Assembly: GCA_963728915.1 (NCBI GenBank)
Contig: CAVSLV010000004.1
Coordinates: 192,001 to 256,000 of the forward strand
Source: an uncultured Gemmatimonadales bacterium
GTDB taxonomy: Bacteria > Gemmatimonadota > Gemmatimonadetes > Gemmatimonadales > GWC2-71-9
DNA: 64,000 bases
Reading direction: 5' to 3'
In this document: one piece after another, positions 60,091 through 64,000 of the stretch
Layout: each line of letters opens with the position of its first letter
Numbering within the stretch: position 1 is the first letter of the stretch
The notes under the pieces: model-generated
What the model was told of the DNA's origin: nothing
Seen by the model: only the letters and a program-made list of their open reading frames with translations
Databases searched by the model: none
Position numbers and translations under genes: made by a program

Positions 60091-60593
60091 TCCGGATCGC
60101 GCTGCAGTCCGGAGCGCTCCTGCTCGGACTCGCCGCCGCCACCCCCCTGTCGGCACAGGGGGTTCCCCGCGCCTCTGCAAGTCATCCCTGGATTCTCGAG
60201 GCCGGGGTGCATGGCACGCTGTTGATTGCCGACAGCACGCGGTTTGGCCTCATGGGAGGTCCCCGGTTCGCGCTTCGTACCCTGGGGGGGACCCGGGGTT
60301 CGCTGGCGCTTGGGGCTGGAGTGCTGGGGGATTCCCTGACCGGGCGGATCGAAGCCGCGATCGAATATCAGCTGGCGCCGCGGGTGCGGGGAAAACCCGG
60401 CTTCTATTTCGGCGGTGGACTGGTCGGCCAGGTGGGGGCCCAGCGCGGGGGATACTTGCTGCTCTTCGTCGGCCTGGAGCAGAGCCCGGGTGATCGCTCA
60501 GGCTGGGCGGTCGAGGCTGGACTGGGTGGCGGCATTCGTCTCCGAGGGGCCTGGCACTGGCGGCACTTTCCCCGCGGCTGGGAGCCGCGGTGA
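60087..60593 (+). CDS. Secreted/outer-membrane beta-barrel-like protein
   Basis: Signal peptide and Gly-rich amphipathic strands. Confidence 0.55.
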   Translation: MIRIALQSGALLLGLAAATPLSAQGVPRASASHPWILEAGVHGTLLIADSTRFGLMGGPRFALRTLGGTRGSLALGAGVLGDSLTGRIEAAIEYQLAPRVRGKPGFYFGGGLVGQVGAQRGGYLLLFVGLEQSPGDRSGWAVEAGLGGGIRLRGAWHWRHFPRGWEPR

Positions 60594-60596
60594 AAA

Positions 60597-60869
60597 CTAT
60601 TGCGCGGAAGAGCCGGCGACTTCGGGATTAGCCCGCACCACGGGCTGGCAGAACCGTTCTCCAAGCACCCGGACCTGGGCGAGCTCGCTCTCGGTCAGAT
60701 TGGGGTACCGCTCGGAGAGGTACTCCATGGTGTCGTCCATCCATTCCTTCTGATGCTCTGGTTCAGCCTCGGTCACGCCGCAGCGGAGGATCTGACTGAA
60801 TAGTTCGTCGCGGGCTTGATCAACAACCGAGGGTCCTGCGGAACGACCGGCCTTCTTTCGGCTCGTCAT
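60597..60869 (-). CDS. Hypothetical protein
   Basis: AAGGAAGG RBS, coding-like 90-aa ORF. Confidence 0.65.
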   Translation of the reverse strand: MTSRKKAGRSAGPSVVDQARDELFSQILRCGVTEAEPEHQKEWMDDTMEYLSERYPNLTESELAQVRVLGERFCQPVVRANPEVAGSSAQ

Positions 60870-61005
60870 GCACCTTCCTTTGAGGGGGGTTCCTGCTGGA
60901 AATGGGCGTAAGCCATTGGTTCGCAAGAATATAATCGCCAGAGCACGGGAGGCGCAATTAGATTGGCACCGACGGACAGGCGGACCGACGGACAGGCGGT
61001 CAGTG

Positions 61006-61311
61006 ATGTCGCAGGATAACGAGGAAATCTACGGCGAGGCCCGGGTGGAAGCGCTCCGGCGCATGCTACGGTCCTTCGCCGAGCGCATCTTCGAGCTGGA
61101 GCGGTCGGACCGGCTGCTTCAGCACGTTCCCGAGCTTCTTCGCCGGCTCGGCGATCTGCGTTCGGAGCTCTTTCATTACGAGGTACGCTCCACCTACGAT
61201 ACGCCGGAGATCGCCGAACATCGGCGGCTGGTAGAAGAAGCCAGGCAGCAGCGAGAATTTCTGACCGAGCCAGAGGACGACGAGCCATGGCGCAACCCCG
61301 ATCGGGCGTAA
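61006..61311 (+). CDS. Hypothetical helical protein
   Basis: Coding-like ORF at the head of the dsbA operon. Confidence 0.6.
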   Translation: MSQDNEEIYGEARVEALRRMLRSFAERIFELERSDRLLQHVPELLRRLGDLRSELFHYEVRSTYDTPEIAEHRRLVEEARQQREFLTEPEDDEPWRNPDRA

Positions 61312-61994
61312 ACCAGTTCTACCTCCTGCTGGGTGCCATCGCGCTGATCGGTGCGGGCACCCTGGTCTGGATGGTCATGAAGCCCAAGAGCGTCAGCATT
61401 CCGGTAGACGTTCAGGTGCAGGTCTCGGATACTTCCGGCTTCCGGGGCTACTTCCTCGGCTCCGACACCGCCCGGGTCGAAGTCACCGAGTATGCCGACT
61501 ATCAGTGCCCGGTCTGCGCCGATTTCGAGCGGGTGCAGTTTCCCGCGGTGCGGCGTCAGCTCATCGAGACCGGCCTGGTCCGGTGGCGCTACCGGGATTT
61601 TCCCCTGGACAACATCCATCGCAACGCTCGGCTCGCCGCCCACGCCGCCGCCTGTGGAGATGACCAGGGGAAGTACTGGGAGATGCATCGGACCATTTAT
61701 GCCCATCATCCGGAGTGGGCCTTCACCAACAGCAATGTCACCGGGAAGTTCCATGATTACGCGGTCGAGGCAGGGCTCGACCCGGGTCGTTACGACGCGT
61801 GCATGTCGAGCGCCAAGTATGCCGGGCGCATCGAGGCGAGTCTCAAGGAGGGGCAGCAGCTTGGCGTACCTGCCACGCCGAGCTTCCTGATCGGGGGCAG
61901 GCTGTACCCCTCCAGCATGCCCTCCGATTCGATTCGTGCCCTGGTGCAGGCCCAGCTCGCCGCACCGGCAACCGCATCCCCCCGCACTCCGTGA
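61287..61994 (+). CDS. DsbA-family thioredoxin-fold protein
   Basis: N-terminal TM segment, EYADYQCPVC, RDFPL, GVPATPSF. Confidence 0.9.
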   Translation: MAQPRSGVNQFYLLLGAIALIGAGTLVWMVMKPKSVSIPVDVQVQVSDTSGFRGYFLGSDTARVEVTEYADYQCPVCADFERVQFPAVRRQLIETGLVRWRYRDFPLDNIHRNARLAAHAAACGDDQGKYWEMHRTIYAHHPEWAFTNSNVTGKFHDYAVEAGLDPGRYDACMSSAKYAGRIEASLKEGQQLGVPATPSFLIGGRLYPSSMPSDSIRALVQAQLAAPATASPRTP

Positions 61995-62422
61995 ATCCAC
62001 GGCGCATGGCGGTGGCCCTGCTATCCTTGGCGGGGCTCTTCGTCGCGTTGTATCTGCATCTCTTCAAGGCCGGTCTGATCGGGTCTCTGGCGTGCGGCAC
62101 CGGAGGGTGTGAAACGGTTCAGCTTTCGCCGCAGAGCCGTTTCCTCGGGGTGGAGGTCGCGTTCATCGGCGTCCTGGGCTATGTCGTCCTGCTCGGGCTG
62201 GCGCTCCTGTCGCTGCAACCCCGATTCGCCGGGGCGGGGTGGCCCAGCCGGCTGCTGTTGTGGCTGTCGGGGATTGCCGTTCTGTTCACGGCCTACCTCA
62301 CCTACCTCGAGCTTTTTGTCATCGGGGCGATCTGCCGCTATTGTGTCGGCTCGGCCGTGATCATTCTCCTGATCTTCCTGATCTCGCTGGCCGACCTGCG
62401 CCGCGTCCGCCGGATCGCATGA
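61991..62422 (+). CDS. Vitamin K epoxide reductase (VKOR) family protein
   Basis: CGTGGCETVQLS, YLE.FVI..ICRYC; next to dsbA. Confidence 0.9.
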   Translation: MNPRRMAVALLSLAGLFVALYLHLFKAGLIGSLACGTGGCETVQLSPQSRFLGVEVAFIGVLGYVVLLGLALLSLQPRFAGAGWPSRLLLWLSGIAVLFTAYLTYLELFVIGAICRYCVGSAVIILLIFLISLADLRRVRRIA

Positions 62423-64000
62423 CCGCTCCGGGCCCGGAGGGCGCCCAGCGAGTCGAACCGCCGCCCCGCAGTTCCCTGGCGGCCCTCTGCGTGACCGCCC
62501 TCGGGGTGGTTTTCGGTGACATCGGCACCAGCCCGCTCTATGCCATCAAGGAGTGCTTCCTTCCGGGGCACCACCTCGCCCTCACCGAAGCCAATGTCCT
62601 CGGGGTCCTGTCGCTGATCTTCTGGTCGCTCACCTTCGTCATCTCCTTCAAATACGTCACGGTGCTGCTGCTGGCCGACAACCGGGGCGAAGGAGGGATT
62701 CTCGCCCTGCTCGCCTTGGTGCGTCCGGCCGGAGAGCCGACCGGCACCCGCCGCCTGCTGGTGCTGCTGGGTCTGTTCGGGGCGGCGCTCCTCTATGGGG
62801 ACGGCGTCATCACGCCGGCGATCTCGATTCTGGGAGCGCTGGAGGGCATCAGCGTCGCGACGCCGGCCCTCGAGAAGGTCATCGTGCCGGTTGCGGTGCT
62901 GATTCTGATCCTGCTGTTCTCGTTCCAGAAGCGCGGGACCGCAGGGGTCGGGAAGGTGTTCGGCCCGATCGTGATGGTCTGGTTCGGAATGATCGCGGTG
63001 TTCGGGGTCCTCGGGATCGCGAAGGCTCCCGCCGTGCTCGCGGCGATCAATCCCTGGCACGCGGTGGATTTCTTCGTGCGGGACCGGCTGGTGGGGTTCC
63101 TGATTCTGGGCGCCGTGGTCCTGGTGTTTACCGGAGGCGAAGCGCTGTACGCCGACATGGGGCATCTGGGTCCCCGGCCGATCCGGCTGATGTGGTTCCT
63201 GGTGGCCATGCCCTGCCTGCTGCTCAACTATTTCGGGCAGGGAGCGCTGTTGCTGGCCGATCCGTCGGTGGTGGATAACCCCTTCTACCGGCTCATGCCG
63301 GAATCATTTCTCTATCCGGCGGTCATCATCTCCCTCGCCGCCGCGGTGGTCGCGAGCCAGGCGTTGATCAGCGGGGCGTTCTCCCTCACCCGTCAGGCGG
63401 TGCAGCTCGGGTATTCGCCCCGGGTCACGGTGGTCCACACGTCGCATCACGAGGCCGGGCAGATCTACGTGCCGGAAGTGAATCAGATCCTGATGGTGGC
63501 GTGTATCGCTCTGGTGGTGGGCTTCCGGAATACCAGCGGACTGGCGGGAGCCTACGGGATCGCGGTGACCGGAACCATGTCGATCACGACGATCCTGTTC
63601 GCGCGGGCGGCCCGGACCCGGCTGGGCTGGGGGCTCGAGAAAATCATCCCGCTGGTGGTGCTGTTTCTGATCGTGGACCTGTCCTTCTTCGCGGCGAATC
63701 TCGTCAAGATTCCTTCGGGGGGCTGGTTCCCCATCCTGCTCGCCCTGTCGGTGTTCGCGTTGATGACCACCTGGAAGCGGGGCCGGCACATCATCACCAC
63801 CATGATGCGGGAGAATTCGCTGCCGCTCGAGCTCTTCATGCGCGATCTCGAGCGACGGGCCCTTCCCCGGGTCCCGGGGACGGCGGTGTTCATGACGTCG
63901 GATGCCACCATCGCCCCGCCGGTGCTGCTCCATCACCTCAAGCACAACAAGGTGCTGCACGAGCGGGTCTTCCTGATGTCGGTGGTAACCCGCGAGGTGC
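62419..64000 (+). CDS. kup: Potassium transporter Kup (runs off window end)
   Basis: Read by hand: LGVVFGDIGTSPLYA, ADNRGEGG, YGDGVITPAIS, TGGEALYADMGH, GQIYVP. Confidence 0.95.
   Translation, partial: MTAPGPEGAQRVEPPPRSSLAALCVTALGVVFGDIGTSPLYAIKECFLPGHHLALTEANVLGVLSLIFWSLTFVISFKYVTVLLLADNRGEGGILALLALVRPAGEPTGTRRLLVLLGLFGAALLYGDGVITPAISILGALEGISVATPALEKVIVPVAVLILILLFSFQKRGTAGVGKVFGPIVMVWFGMIAVFGVLGIAKAPAVLAAINPWHAVDFFVRDRLVGFLILGAVVLVFTGGEALYADMGHLGPRPIRLMWFLVAMPCLLLNYFGQGALLLADPSVVDNPFYRLMPESFLYPAVIISLAAAVVASQALISGAFSLTRQAVQLGYSPRVTVVHTSHHEAGQIYVPEVNQILMVACIALVVGFRNTSGLAGAYGIAVTGTMSITTILFARAARTRLGWGLEKIIPLVVLFLIVDLSFFAANLVKIPSGGWFPILLALSVFALMTTWKRGRHIITTMMRENSLPLELFMRDLERRALPRVPGTAVFMTSDATIAPPVLLHHLKHNKVLHERVFLMSVVTREV

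Overview
A GC-rich bacterial chromosomal segment. The gene content and style suggest Gemmatimonadota, but this is inference. About 60 mostly housekeeping genes are present: an ECF sigma/Ser-Thr kinase pair, selD, rnhA, thiolase, thyA-folA, ndh-queG, csp-rpsU, dacB, metH-yitJ, pruA, an ABC transporter/M16 peptidase operon, dsbA-VKOR and kup. I saw no tRNA, rRNA, CRISPR array, transposase or phage gene. The ORF track misses several notable elements. (1) A lasso-peptide-like RiPP operon (32-aa precursor, HPr-type kinase, RRE/B1, peptidase B2) has no cyclase, and its predicted core has no Asp/Glu, so it cannot form a lasso. (2) A tandemly duplicated TPR + TPR-HD-GYP module lies divergent from an orphan peptide-binding protein. 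It has a duplicated AT-rich operator-like element and an unannotated 19-aa hydrophobic peptide ORF translationally coupled to the first TPR gene, making it a candidate peptide-signalling system that controls c-di-GMP. (3) There is an ATP-grasp x2/GNAT/KamA biosynthetic operon. (4) A RAPP-type leader peptide precedes a TonB-dependent receptor. (5) selD encodes selenocysteine and has a candidate SECIS hairpin. (6) A SAM-II riboswitch upstream of metH is followed by an intrinsic terminator. Four frameshifts are clustered at 55.5-57 kb.
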